Virus record (IMG/VR): IMGVR_UViG_3300010282_000004
Span: 32,001 to 96,000 of that record
Reading direction: 5' to 3' (one strand)
From: a virus
Taxonomy: Duplodnaviria > Caudoviricetes
DNA: 64,000 bases
Shown here: piece after piece, positions 39,568-49,104 of the stretch
Numbering within the stretch: the first letter of the stretch is position 1
Layout of the letters: each line of letters starts with the position of its first letter
The notes under the pieces: model-generated
The model's database searches: none
What the model saw: the letters and a program-made list of their open reading frames with translations, nothing else
What the model was told of the DNA's origin: nothing
Made by a program: the position numbers and the translations under genes

Positions 39568-40938
39568 TTATACATTAAACTTAACATCTACAACGTCATC
39601 TGTTATCTTGATTTCTTTGATTATCCTAGTAACAATATTTCTTTTTTCATTCATTGTCAGACTATCCCAAATGTTTCGTATAGAGTTTAGGGACTTGATT
39701 GTATCTCTTCTTATACTATTAGACTCAGATCTGTTCTGCTCTTCTAAAATCTTTTCGTCTATGTCTTCAAGTTTTTTCTTTTGCTCAGTTATAGAATCCA
39801 GCAACACTTCACTGTCATCATCTGAGTATAAATCATATAAACGTTTTAGTTTTTTTGTTATTGCTATCCTTTGTTGTTCTAATAGTGATAGAACATCTAT
39901 CTCTTCTATATTATATTGTTTACTATTACTATTATAATTGTCAGCAAATTCAAACATTGCTGATATAATATTATCCTCTATCTCTTTCGCCCAAAGTTTC
40001 TTTTGTGTGCAGTTTGGGTCTTTAACCATATAAGGTTTGGTTATCTGCTGAGAGTAGCAAACAAACTTGCAGACCATTTTATCAGTCTTACTCCATTTTT
40101 GGTATCTCATCCTAGCACCACATTTGCCACAGTAAACAAGACCTGTTAATAAATGGTCAGACCTAACGACAGATGATGTCGATCTACGTTTCATTTCTTT
40201 CATTGCATTATCATACATTTCTTTGGAAATAATAGGCTCATGTTTACCGCAATATTCTACACCATTGTATTCTATAATGCCGTAATATGTTTTCCTCTTT
40301 AATATTTGCCTTATAAATATCTCGTACTTTAAACCAAGTAAGTTTGCTATATCTTGTTGGGACATACCATTCAAATACAGTTGAAAAATCTGTACAACTT
40401 TTTCGGCATCTTCATTTGGCACAAGTATTCCTTGGTTAGAATCATAGTCGTAGCCGAATGGTATCTTGCCACCACCCATCCATAGACCTGACTTAACTCT
40501 TTCTTTCATACCTATCCTAGTTCTCAACTTAATGTTCTCACGTTCTAGTTGTGCAAATGCTGATAAGATTCCTATCATAAGTTTACCGGTTGGACTCGTT
40601 GTATCTATACTTTCATTTAAGGACACAAAGTCTACACCATTCTCATTGAATACATCTTCTATAAGATACAGTGTATCTTTCTGTGATCTGCTTAGTCTGT
40701 CTAACTTAAATACAATAACACATGATATTTTATTATTAGAACAATCTGATATCAATCTTTGTATCTCAGGACGGTTGATCGTACTACCAGAGTATCCACC
40801 ATCTATATAGTATTCATAATCTTTCATACCCTTTGCTATACAATATGCAGTTAGTTGTTCCTTCTGAGCATCGATTGAGTATCCTTCTTCTGCTTGAGCA
40901 TCTGTTGATACTCTAATGTATATGGCCGCTTTCTTCAT
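39568..40938 (-). CDS. Large serine recombinase (integrase)
   Basis: AIYIRVST..Q, DGGYSG, RPE, VFKLDRLSRS and ERENI motifs; recombinase domain; LTGLVYCGKCG zinc ribbon; GGAGAGG RBS before ATG 40938. Confidence 0.95.
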   Translation of the reverse strand: MKKAAIYIRVSTDAQAEEGYSIDAQKEQLTAYCIAKGMKDYEYYIDGGYSGSTINRPEIQRLISDCSNNKISCVIVFKLDRLSRSQKDTLYLIEDVFNENGVDFVSLNESIDTTSPTGKLMIGILSAFAQLERENIKLRTRIGMKERVKSGLWMGGGKIPFGYDYDSNQGILVPNEDAEKVVQIFQLYLNGMSQQDIANLLGLKYEIFIRQILKRKTYYGIIEYNGVEYCGKHEPIISKEMYDNAMKEMKRRSTSSVVRSDHLLTGLVYCGKCGARMRYQKWSKTDKMVCKFVCYSQQITKPYMVKDPNCTQKKLWAKEIEDNIISAMFEFADNYNSNSKQYNIEEIDVLSLLEQQRIAITKKLKRLYDLYSDDDSEVLLDSITEQKKKLEDIDEKILEEQNRSESNSIRRDTIKSLNSIRNIWDSLTMNEKRNIVTRIIKEIKITDDVVDVKFNV

Positions 40939-40957
40939 AACCTCTCCTAAAAAAAAG

Positions 40958-41002
40958 TAAAAAAATGGGAGAACAAGATTATAAAATCTCATTCTCCCAT
41001 AT
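40958..41002 (-). terminator. Terminator hairpin just upstream of the integrase RBS
   Basis: Minus strand ATGGGAGAATGAGATT-TTAT-AATCTTGTTCTCCCAT followed by a T-run. Confidence 0.65.
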
Positions 41003-41062
41003 ATTAACATATAGTTATTTGTTTTTCAACCACGACTTATTGGTTTGGTTGTTTGTAGAAAT

Positions 41063-41581
41063 TTATCTACCTGTACTTCCGATTCCACCATCACGTCTTT
41101 CACGAACATCGTCAGCATATGTGATACCAAATGGAACAAAGATACCCTGTGCAATCTTATCTCCAGCTTCTACGTTAAATGTTTTATCACCTCTGTTAAC
41201 AAACTTAAGCATAATGTGTCCTTCGTTGGCACTGCCAAAATAATCACTGTCAATAATACCTACTGTATTAACTAACTGAACACCATACTTAAATCCAATG
41301 CTACTTCTAGGAACTACCATTAACACATAGTCTGAATCCATGTAGCATCTAATACCAGTTGCAATCTTAATCGACTCACCCGGCTCCAATGTAAAATCAA
41401 TAGGTGACACGAAATCATATCCTGCACTACCCATTGTACTTCTTTCTGGAAGCTTAACGTCCTCAAGCTCTACTCTAAGTTCTTCAAACTCTTCTGAGCC
41501 ATTTTCTACCAATCCATTCGCTCTGTCAGTAATATACTGATCCAATGATACCTTTTGAAAGTCTGCCACTCTACTCTGCAT
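41063..41581 (-). CDS. dut: Trimeric dUTPase
   Basis: Five dUTPase motifs: SAGYD, PRSS, GIIDSDY, IAQGIF, RDGGIGSTG. Confidence 0.95.
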   Translation of the reverse strand: MQSRVADFQKVSLDQYITDRANGLVENGSEEFEELRVELEDVKLPERSTMGSAGYDFVSPIDFTLEPGESIKIATGIRCYMDSDYVLMVVPRSSIGFKYGVQLVNTVGIIDSDYFGSANEGHIMLKFVNRGDKTFNVEAGDKIAQGIFVPFGITYADDVRERRDGGIGSTGR

Positions 41582-41768
41582 TTTGTTCTGTCTCCTTTTT
41601 TTCTTCTACAATTTTTGATTTGTTTTCACATGGAATACACTGACCATAGTAATATTCCTTGTCTTTGATTGTGCAATAAACCTTGATAAGTTTTTTGCTA
41701 TGTTCAATTACATTGCCATATCTGCAATTCTCACAGTCCTTACCAGCTATGATCAAAACTTGCACCAA
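41571..41768 (-). CDS. Small Cys-containing hypothetical protein (true start may lie slightly downstream)
   Basis: CxxC...C...C pattern; overlaps both neighbours. Confidence 0.5.
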   Translation of the reverse strand: MVQVLIIAGKDCENCRYGNVIEHSKKLIKVYCTIKDKEYYYGQCIPCENKSKIVEEKKETEQNAE

Positions 41769-42081
41769 CCTTTCTGTACTCTTTTAAAATATTCTTCTTG
41801 ATAATGTCAAGAACAGGTGTGTAATCACCATATTCATAGAAGTAATAAGGTGCATACGCTTCTCCTGTTTCACGATTATAAACGTTTACTTCCAATCTTC
41901 CTGAGTTTGAATGTAAAGTAAACTCACAATCTAAGATAACTTTCGTACCATTCTTATATCTATATACCGGGAACCTATGTATGTATACTGCATAACCATA
42001 GTCGGATGATAACTGCCTATTGTAAAACCAATAGTGTTCTTTGAGATAATCTCTTGTAAGTTCTTGAGTAATTTTAATCAC
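41740..42081 (-). CDS. Hypothetical phage protein
   Basis: GAGGTG RBS; GTG start. Confidence 0.6.
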   Translation of the reverse strand: MIKITQELTRDYLKEHYWFYNRQLSSDYGYAVYIHRFPVYRYKNGTKVILDCEFTLHSNSGRLEVNVYNRETGEAYAPYYFYEYGDYTPVLDIIKKNILKEYRKVGASFDHSW

Positions 42082-42136
42082 TCCGCATGCACCTCACTTT
42101 CTTTATATATTATTATTCTCTATCTATAAATTTTTG

Positions 42137-43105
42137 CTATGAGAATCTTTCGTGTTTAACTCTCATCTCAACTTCTTGTTGCTTTCCTTTATTAAATGCG
42201 GATTTATAATCACCAGTTAAATATCCAGTGACCCTTCTTAGTCTTCTTATATCTTTGCAGCCACACATAGGACATTCATCTCCAATATCATCTGTATAGC
42301 CACAGTTATTACACATATCATTTGGGATATTGACTGCAAAATACGGCACATCTTTATCCATTGCATATAAAACAATAGTTTCAAGTGCATCTAAATTATT
42401 CTTTACACTTCCAGCAAGTTCTACATATGTGATGCATCCTGCTGAACTGTATCCTGTCAATTGGCTTTCGATATCTATCTTTTCAATAGGTGTCATCTTT
42501 TTCCAGACAGGAACATGCATTGAGTTAGTAAAGAATTCTTTATCTGAAACATTAGGAATAACTCCATATTGCTCCTTAAACTTTTTCATTGCAGTGTAGC
42601 ATAAATTTTCGGCTGGACTGTAATATACTCCAAAGTTTAATTTATACTTCTCTTTGTACTCTGCGCATCTATCTTTAAATAATTGTTCAATCTTCTTTGC
42701 CAGATCCATACCTCTTTCTTCAGTATGGTCACAACCAATTAATATCTGAAGTGTTTCAGCAAGTCCTAACTGACCAACTGCCAATGTACCATGCTTTAAT
42801 GCTGAACGAATTCCTTCTTCAGGAATGTATCCTTCCATAGTACCATTCTCATACATAAATTTCGCAGAGTCTGGAGATTGACTGCATATCCATTCGAATC
42901 TTTCTATTAACTGATCCTTGGCATCTTTAATAGCCTTATCAAGAATGGTCATAAAGTTATCAACAATATCAGAACCATCCTTGTCAGATTTTTCTTTGGC
43001 TTCCATAGCCAATGTTGGCATAATAATTGTTACTGGGCATATGTTTCCTCTACCGTCCTTTAACTGCCCAAATCCATTAATATCCCAACCATTTGCAGTT
43101 CTACA
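42137..43105 (-). CDS. nrdD: Anaerobic ribonucleoside-triphosphate reductase, exon 3
   Basis: CRT..GRGN, YSPAENLC, FFTNSMH, CxxC..CPxC and glycyl-radical RRVTGY motifs. Confidence 0.93.
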   Translation of the reverse strand, partial: CRTANGWDINGFGQLKDGRGNICPVTIIMPTLAMEAKEKSDKDGSDIVDNFMTILDKAIKDAKDQLIERFEWICSQSPDSAKFMYENGTMEGYIPEEGIRSALKHGTLAVGQLGLAETLQILIGCDHTEERGMDLAKKIEQLFKDRCAEYKEKYKLNFGVYYSPAENLCYTAMKKFKEQYGVIPNVSDKEFFTNSMHVPVWKKMTPIEKIDIESQLTGYSSAGCITYVELAGSVKNNLDALETIVLYAMDKDVPYFAVNIPNDMCNNCGYTDDIGDECPMCGCKDIRRLRRVTGYLTGDYKSAFNKGKQQEVEMRVKHERFS

Positions 43106-43246
43106 CATGTTTGCCCGATGTCACCATCGGCACTGACTATATCTTCTATCTTTCGATAGCCTTCCGCTTCGAGTTGGTACTCATCTCCAACCCTACTCCC
43201 TTACATTCATCAGGGATAGTCGATACAGGTTTTGCATATTGTTTGG

Positions 43247-43738
43247 TCAGATATATTCAAATTCATAGTTATAATTATTATTTTTAACACCTTTCAAAAT
43301 CGAGGTGATTGTTTTCCTATTAAGTTGAAGTTCTTCTGCACACTTCCTTATACTATTAAATTCATATACATGACCATTCATTTTATTTGTTGCTTTTACC
43401 GGACATTCTTTTTTCGATTTATATAAATTTTTATCATACGCTTCTTTTGTATTGTATTTATTATTACACCACTCTAAGTTTTCGATATTGTTATTTAATT
43501 TGTTACCATCTATATGATTAACTTGTGGCAGATTATCTGGATTTGGGATTAATGTTTCTGCTATTAATCTATGTACTCTTTTATAATATCTTTTACCATC
43601 AACCCTAAATCCAACCATATAGTATCCAACATTGTCTATCCACTTACTTAACTTAATTACCCTATCAGTGTTGAATACTTTATAAATCTCAAAATCGTCT
43701 TCATTGACGTATATATCCTTGTATTTGGTTTCGACCAT
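43247..43738 (-). CDS. Intron-encoded HNH homing endonuclease
   Basis: RVHRLIAETLIPNPDNLPQVNHIDGNKLNNNIENLEW; C-terminal NUMOD1-like FNSIRKCAEEL; GGGGG RBS. Confidence 0.92.
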   Translation of the reverse strand: MVETKYKDIYVNEDDFEIYKVFNTDRVIKLSKWIDNVGYYMVGFRVDGKRYYKRVHRLIAETLIPNPDNLPQVNHIDGNKLNNNIENLEWCNNKYNTKEAYDKNLYKSKKECPVKATNKMNGHVYEFNSIRKCAEELQLNRKTITSILKGVKNNNYNYEFEYI

Positions 43739-43822
43739 TGTATTCCCCCTATCAATGACCGAAACAATATGCAACTTCCCACGGTCTCAACTACGAGAGT
43801 CCTAACCGTTAGCATGAATTAA

Positions 43823-44017
43823 TTAGTCTATATTAATTAATTGTTTAGTATATAAATCGAGATCACAATGTCTCCAATCATCATTGATAATAAAAACGAT
43901 ACAATTATCCTTTAATTGGGCAATTTCAAAAAAATTATCTTTTAGATTTATTTCATTGACTGATTTCATCATCCCATATACATGTTGTAGTGGGAAATAT
44001 TGAATATAACTAAACAT
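43823..44017 (-). CDS. Second intron-borne ORF (64 aa, unknown function)
   Basis: AGGAGG RBS at 44025-44030; occupies the loop of a 14-bp intron stem. Confidence 0.55.
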   Translation of the reverse strand: MFSYIQYFPLQHVYGMMKSVNEINLKDNFFEIAQLKDNCIVFIINDDWRHCDLDLYTKQLINID

Positions 44018-44092
44018 TACAATTCCTCCTAATTAATTCACACACCCACGAGTAGTGGTTCAAAAGGTTTTACATGAGCTAAGTTTGCGCTT

Positions 44093-44728
44093 ACCCATGG
44101 TACTAAAGTACGTTCTATAATCATTCCTATCATATCCAGCATTACCGCTCCAATCACAGTTAGCATAATTTGGATATAATCTTTGAGATGTAGATCTAAG
44201 AGCTAACCTAAATAAATCATAGTTAGGATCTCCCGGATGCTTATTAACACCTTCCATTACTTGGAAGATTCCACATGGAAAGATGCTAGTCTTTCTCATC
44301 TTACCAATACCTTTAATACTTCCTTCAAGTAATGCTTTTGTCATCAATCTTCCCTCTGGCAACGTACAAGTGCCATAGTTAATACTTGTGAATGGAAGCT
44401 GATTTCCTGACCTTGATTGAAGTGTATTAAGATTATGATACAGGCCTTCAACCGCTTGTTGTGTTTCTTTAAGTGTCATATCAATTGCATAGTTATATGC
44501 CCTCATGTGTTCATTTAACAACCCACACTTAACATTCTTATCATCACCACAATCCATTGCATCACTTGGTAATTCGATAGATGTTTCTTCAGGTATAATA
44601 TGAGAAAAATCTTTGTCCCATCTATACGGCTGATCCTCTATATACTTCAATCCATCTTTGAAATGTTTCCAAAAACTCTTTCTTACATATGGAACTGATA
44701 CCCAATCTAAGCAATTTGCACTTACTCC
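44093..44728 (-). CDS. nrdD: nrdD exon 2
   Basis: GVSANCLDW..PYVRKSF, HNLNTLQSRSGNQLPFTSINYG, IFPCGIF, RLYPNYAN and FSTMG motifs. Confidence 0.92.
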
Positions 44729-45779
44729 CAGTGCAGCCTTTATGTTTCCATAAAGCCTGACTATATCTTCTATTACATAAAAGTAATAGCCTTGCACTTC
44801 CCTCTGCGGAATTTCACCTGCAGGGTACTCTACTCGCTTCTTCGCATATCTCTATGCTATGCTTTCGATAGTCGATACATTTGGAAATGTTAATGTATAT
44901 CTGTTATATTCTTTTGTCTTATTTGACGGATGTAATGATTTTTGTGATATTGTATTATTTTTCTTTCCAAAATATTTTGCTGCATCATCATTATCATTGA
45001 ATGTTCTTACTAATTTGCCATTATAATAACATTCTAAGTAATAATCCTTCATTCCATCGCCTGTAATAATTTTCTTTAGCAAACAATAATCGTAATATAT
45101 ATCATTTTTTCTTATTATTCTTATATAGTGTCCTGGAATATTATATTTTCTTGTTACTTCCCCTATTGATAAACAATAATCATATTGGTTGTTTTCGTTG
45201 TCATATACAATTACATTAACTAAGTTAGGGTTATTTTCTCTTCTGGCTAAACCAGTTTTCCAAGCGTGTTTCGTATTTTCTATAGGTGTAATTATTTCTA
45301 AATTATCTACATTATTATTGTGTTTATTGCCATCTATATGATTAACAACATGATCACTGTCTATCTCTCCTATAAATTGTTCAGCTACTAATGTGTGGAT
45401 TCTAACATATTTCTTCTCTCCATTAGAACTAAGAACAACTCTATAATATCCGTCTTTATCTTGCCCATATATTACTTTTCTTGGGTTATTTATATCCGTT
45501 TTTCCTTGCGCTCCTTTGACGAATATACTATATAATATTCCTGTTTTTGTTATATAATAATTATCGTTGCACTTTAATTTATATGCTATTTCATTGTTAA
45601 TAGAGATTTGTTCCATTGAAACTCCTTTCTATTAACATTTCCAAACACGGTATTACCATATCCATAAAGGACTTAGGTTCTCTTACCACCTTAATCTTTC
45701 GATTTAGTTGACCGTTAGCCTCATAATGAGACACCCTAGATTTCTAGGTTCACAAGGTTTAAATTCGGCAGAGAATTTT
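44729..45779 (-). mobile_element. Group I intron 1 in nrdD
   Basis: Splits TTC GGT|GGA GTA (FG|GV); P1 TTCGGT/GCCGAA; TCGACTA and AAGATATAGTC core elements; terminal G at 44729. Confidence 0.9.
44852..45616 (-). CDS. Intron-encoded HNH homing endonuclease
   Basis: RIHTLVAEQFI..VVNHIDGNKHNNNVDNLE; AAAGGAG RBS; 3' end runs into the intron core (VSTIES). Confidence 0.92.
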   Translation of the reverse strand: MEQISINNEIAYKLKCNDNYYITKTGILYSIFVKGAQGKTDINNPRKVIYGQDKDGYYRVVLSSNGEKKYVRIHTLVAEQFIGEIDSDHVVNHIDGNKHNNNVDNLEIITPIENTKHAWKTGLARRENNPNLVNVIVYDNENNQYDYCLSIGEVTRKYNIPGHYIRIIRKNDIYYDYCLLKKIITGDGMKDYYLECYYNGKLVRTFNDNDDAAKYFGKKNNTISQKSLHPSNKTKEYNRYTLTFPNVSTIESIA

Positions 45780-46433
45780 ACCGAACTGTTGCAAGCTTTG
45801 CAACTGTGCTATAACTGCAACTAATTGTAATTCAGTATTTACACTATTCGCAGGACGAACATCTGTCTGTCTTGTATTAAATCCATTAGCAAGTAATTTT
45901 GCATATGGTATTGTTAAACAATTATGACTTCCAACTGCATACGATCCAAGGTCATGTGTATATATTCTATTATTAATATGATTGTCTCTTGCTTTTTTTG
46001 ACATACAATTGTCTAACGCAAATTGTTTAAGAACTGTTTCATTAGCTTCTCCCATTCTTCCACCGAATGACTTTTCATCAACGTTAGCATTTTGGTTTTG
46101 AACATTGTCTGCTCTTAATTTCTCGGCAACATCCATCATTACTTTCGTTTTCTTTTCTCTGATGCTTGTCCTATTGTTTCTATATAATATGAAACATTTT
46201 GCAACATCCTTCCTGTTGCTTGCCATAAGTTTGTTTTCAATTAAATCCTGTATGGTCTCAACACTAATTTCTTCTACTTCATTTTCTTCAATTGTGTTTG
46301 CGATCTCTCTCGCCTTATCTTTTGCATACTGAGTCACTTCATTGTCAGTCTCTTTAAAAGCACTGATAATGGCATTCTTAATCTTTTCCTTGTCAAAAGC
46401 GACCTTTCTGCCATCTCTCTTAATAACTTTCAT
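45780..46433 (-). CDS. nrdD: nrdD exon 1 (ATP cone and N-terminus)
   Basis: VIKRDGRKVAFDKEKI ATP cone, NQNANVDE, YTHDL..HNCL and QSLQQFG; spliced product is 752 aa. Confidence 0.93.
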
Positions 46434-46446
46434 TGCCGACATCTCC

Positions 46447-46845
46447 TTAATTAAATTGTTCCAAGTCTTTTTCTAACCTATCAATCTTTTTCTGATGTAG
46501 TTCTACAAACTTCATCATTCGATCACTCATCTTCTTAAGTAACCAAGCAACTTTAAGATATCTGTCATACATCTTCTGATGATACTTCAAAGCAGCTTTG
46601 GATTCACAGATTGTCTTCCCGGTCTTTTCATCGAACTCATCTTCTTTATCACATGTAGCCGTAGCATCTACAGTACAATCTGTAGAATACCACATAGGCT
46701 TGCCATAAGAATAATGAAGAATGTATGATACAACTTCCTGTGCAAGTTCATCTTCTGAAGATAACTCTTCGGAGATTCCTTTATATCCACCTGCATTAAT
46801 AAAAATTTTCCCATTATGTTTGTCAACTGCAAATCTACAAACCAT
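46447..46845 (-). CDS. Hypothetical phage protein
   Basis: ATCDKEDEFDEKTG motif common in phage proteins. Confidence 0.6.
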   Translation of the reverse strand: MVCRFAVDKHNGKIFINAGGYKGISEELSSEDELAQEVVSYILHYSYGKPMWYSTDCTVDATATCDKEDEFDEKTGKTICESKAALKYHQKMYDRYLKVAWLLKKMSDRMMKFVELHQKKIDRLEKDLEQFN

Positions 46846-46849
46846 ATCC

Positions 46850-47431
46850 CTACCTATCCTTTCCTAGTCTTTCTAAATGATTTCTATATACTCTTTCGAT
46901 TTTTTCTGCCATATCAAATGGTGAACTCCACCAATCAGCCACGTACCAATCAACAAGACGGTTAATAATTTTTTCATTGAAATCTTCTTCATCTGCCATC
47001 AATCTCCTTTTAACTTCATCCTTATTATCTCCACGTTTCTCAAGTCTTCTACGTAATTCAAAATCTGGAACGTCAATATAAAAGGCAATCATTGGAACTT
47101 TCAACTGTCTTAACGTAGCCAATCCATCAGGATTAACAATAAGAACCTGATCCTTGTCAGATTTCAAATCTTCATTTGCAGTGCCATATAACCACTTATC
47201 TCCACCATTAACGTAGTATGATGTTGTTTCTGCAAAGAAGTGTGATTCATTAAGTTTATTAAATAAATCTTTATCAATATAATGATATGTAATATCATCC
47301 TCTTCACCCGGTCTTTTAGGACGAGTTGTATAAGTAACAATACGTTCAAATCCTAATTGCTCAAGATAATAGAGTAATGTTGTCTTTCCACTACCAGATT
47401 TTCCACAAATTGCTAATAGCATAAAAGACAT
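46850..47431 (-). CDS. gmk: Guanylate kinase-like protein
   Basis: P-loop GKSGSGKT; YTTRPKRPGE..YHYI; LYGT; RLEKRGD. Confidence 0.88.
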   Translation of the reverse strand: MSFMLLAICGKSGSGKTTLLYYLEQLGFERIVTYTTRPKRPGEEDDITYHYIDKDLFNKLNESHFFAETTSYYVNGGDKWLYGTANEDLKSDKDQVLIVNPDGLATLRQLKVPMIAFYIDVPDFELRRRLEKRGDNKDEVKRRLMADEEDFNEKIINRLVDWYVADWWSSPFDMAEKIERVYRNHLERLGKDR

Positions 47432-47449
47432 CGCCTCCTTTCATTCCGT

Positions 47450-48181
47450 TTAAATTTGATCAGATTCTCTATTGATAAACAATAAGTTTTCAGCATAAGG
47501 CAATGACTTCGCCCATTCAATAAACTTATGCCACTCAGACAACTTATGTCCTTCTCTCTGATCGCACATATTTAAAATGTTTTCATAATTCATAGTTACT
47601 GTTCTTTTCTGCAACCATGATTCTGGAAGTAATCTTATAAGTTCTTTCCAATAATATTTTGATACCGATACAAAATGTTTTCTTTAACTGCAAGTAATAT
47701 CTTCTCTCTTTGATGCATCAGCATATTCGATTGCTCTTTTCCTTAAAGTCTCAAGATGACAAATCATTTCTTCCCAGATGTCACACATGAGATTATCTAA
47801 GTTATATGGCTGACGGTCATACACTAAAAGGTTTGGTTCATAATCTTCCATTTCAAAACATTCCATTGTAATAGGTGTACTTAAAAGTTTATGCATAGTA
47901 CTTGTTGAGTTTGCAGTCGTACCAACTTTATATGTATCAAATTCTTTCCACCAATAGATTGGAGCAGTGATATCAACACTTGCAGTAACCTGACGAAGAA
48001 ACTTTCTATGCTCTGATCCTGCTTTAATCAGATTCTGTGCAAGCTTTAAATCTTTTTCACCAACAACAAAACCATTGGAGTTGTCATTTGTGCTATCACT
48101 TTTATCCCATGATTCAAGAGGGTTTCTCATTCCTCTTAATGCACCTTTAATATTAAAAACTTCTGTATTCTCAAATTTCAT
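47450..48181 (-). pseudogene. ThyX-like (flavin-dependent thymidylate synthase-related) phage gene interrupted by an in-frame TAA at 47684-47686
   Basis: RGMRNP, HRKFLRQ, APIYWWKEFDTY and STMHK before the stop; the same frame continues YWKELIRLLPESWLQKRTVTMNYE..QREGHKLSEW to TAA at 47450. Confidence 0.7.
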
Positions 48182-48186
48182 TCCAT

Positions 48187-49080
48187 CTATTCCCATCCTT
48201 TCTTTATATAGAAGTTATGCGCCCCATCATTACAAACCTTCTTATATTTAAGTACTCCATTGCTATCAAAGAACAAAGCATTACCAACTTCTGAACCACC
48301 AATCTCGTAGGCATATTCACATGCAAGAACAGTTAAGTCTGAAACTGTAACTCTTTTGTATCTTCCACTTGAATAAGTTGAGAACTGTTTCTTTGCTCTA
48401 AGTACATCTCCTAAATTATTAGGAAAGTGTTCGCTTTTTACTCTGTTTAAAATGACTGTAGCCACATTAACCTTCTGCTCAAATGTATGTTCATCTCCGA
48501 TTTCAGCCTGTACAATTCTGAAGAATAAATCTAAATCATCAGCACTGAAGTCTTGATATAACTTTCCTTCAATCCCATAATCCTCTCTGTTATATAAAGT
48601 AACTACATCGCCACCACTAACAGTTGTTGCAGTAGTAGGTTCTGCCAGGATAGATCCTGAGATAGTAGGAAGTTCCTCTTCTTTCTTCTTAAGCAATTCA
48701 GCAGCCTTTCTTTCAGCTTCTTCCTTTTCTTTCTTTGCTTTCTCCATAGCAAGTCTTTCTTTGCGAAGTTGCTCAATCTTTCTAAGTTCTACCATTGCGA
48801 TTGTCTGTTTAATTTTTTCAACTTGGTTGTTGTAATAATTAAGTCTGGCAATTCTTTGACGAATTAAACCAGACTGTCTAATCAATTCATTTTCTGTAAT
48901 ATCTGTTATCACCGAAAGTGATTCTCCAATTTCTGATCCTTTTGTTTCTTCCTGTTCGTCCTTTGTTTCTTCCATATTAGTTTGTGTTTCATCATATTCC
49001 CTATAATTGGAATAAGTTACGATGAATGTTGCCATAGCCAAGCATAAAAACATCATGACTATTTTGTGTAATCTTTTCAT
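48187..49080 (-). CDS. Membrane-anchored SleB-like (Hydrolase_2) cell wall hydrolase
   Basis: N-terminal TM, coiled coil, then RIVQAE..VATVILNRV..FPN..QFS..ALFF..HNFY. Confidence 0.85.
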   Translation of the reverse strand: MKRLHKIVMMFLCLAMATFIVTYSNYREYDETQTNMEETKDEQEETKGSEIGESLSVITDITENELIRQSGLIRQRIARLNYYNNQVEKIKQTIAMVELRKIEQLRKERLAMEKAKKEKEEAERKAAELLKKKEEELPTISGSILAEPTTATTVSGGDVVTLYNREDYGIEGKLYQDFSADDLDLFFRIVQAEIGDEHTFEQKVNVATVILNRVKSEHFPNNLGDVLRAKKQFSTYSSGRYKRVTVSDLTVLACEYAYEIGGSEVGNALFFDSNGVLKYKKVCNDGAHNFYIKKGWE

Positions 49081-49104
49081 GTTTGCTTATCCTTTCTAGT
49101 TTTT

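Larger units (their letters stand above)
43106..44092 (-). mobile_element. Group I intron 2 in nrdD
   Basis: Splits ATG GGT|TGT AGA (MG|CR); exon ends in U; P1 CATGGGT/GCTCATG; TCGACTA and AAGATATAGTC core elements; terminal G at 43106. Confidence 0.9.

Noticed and set aside
47684-47686. Stop-codon reassignment
   Set aside because: Only one interrupted gene; TAA, TAG and TGA all terminate intact genes elsewhere, and very long ORFs are open under the standard code.
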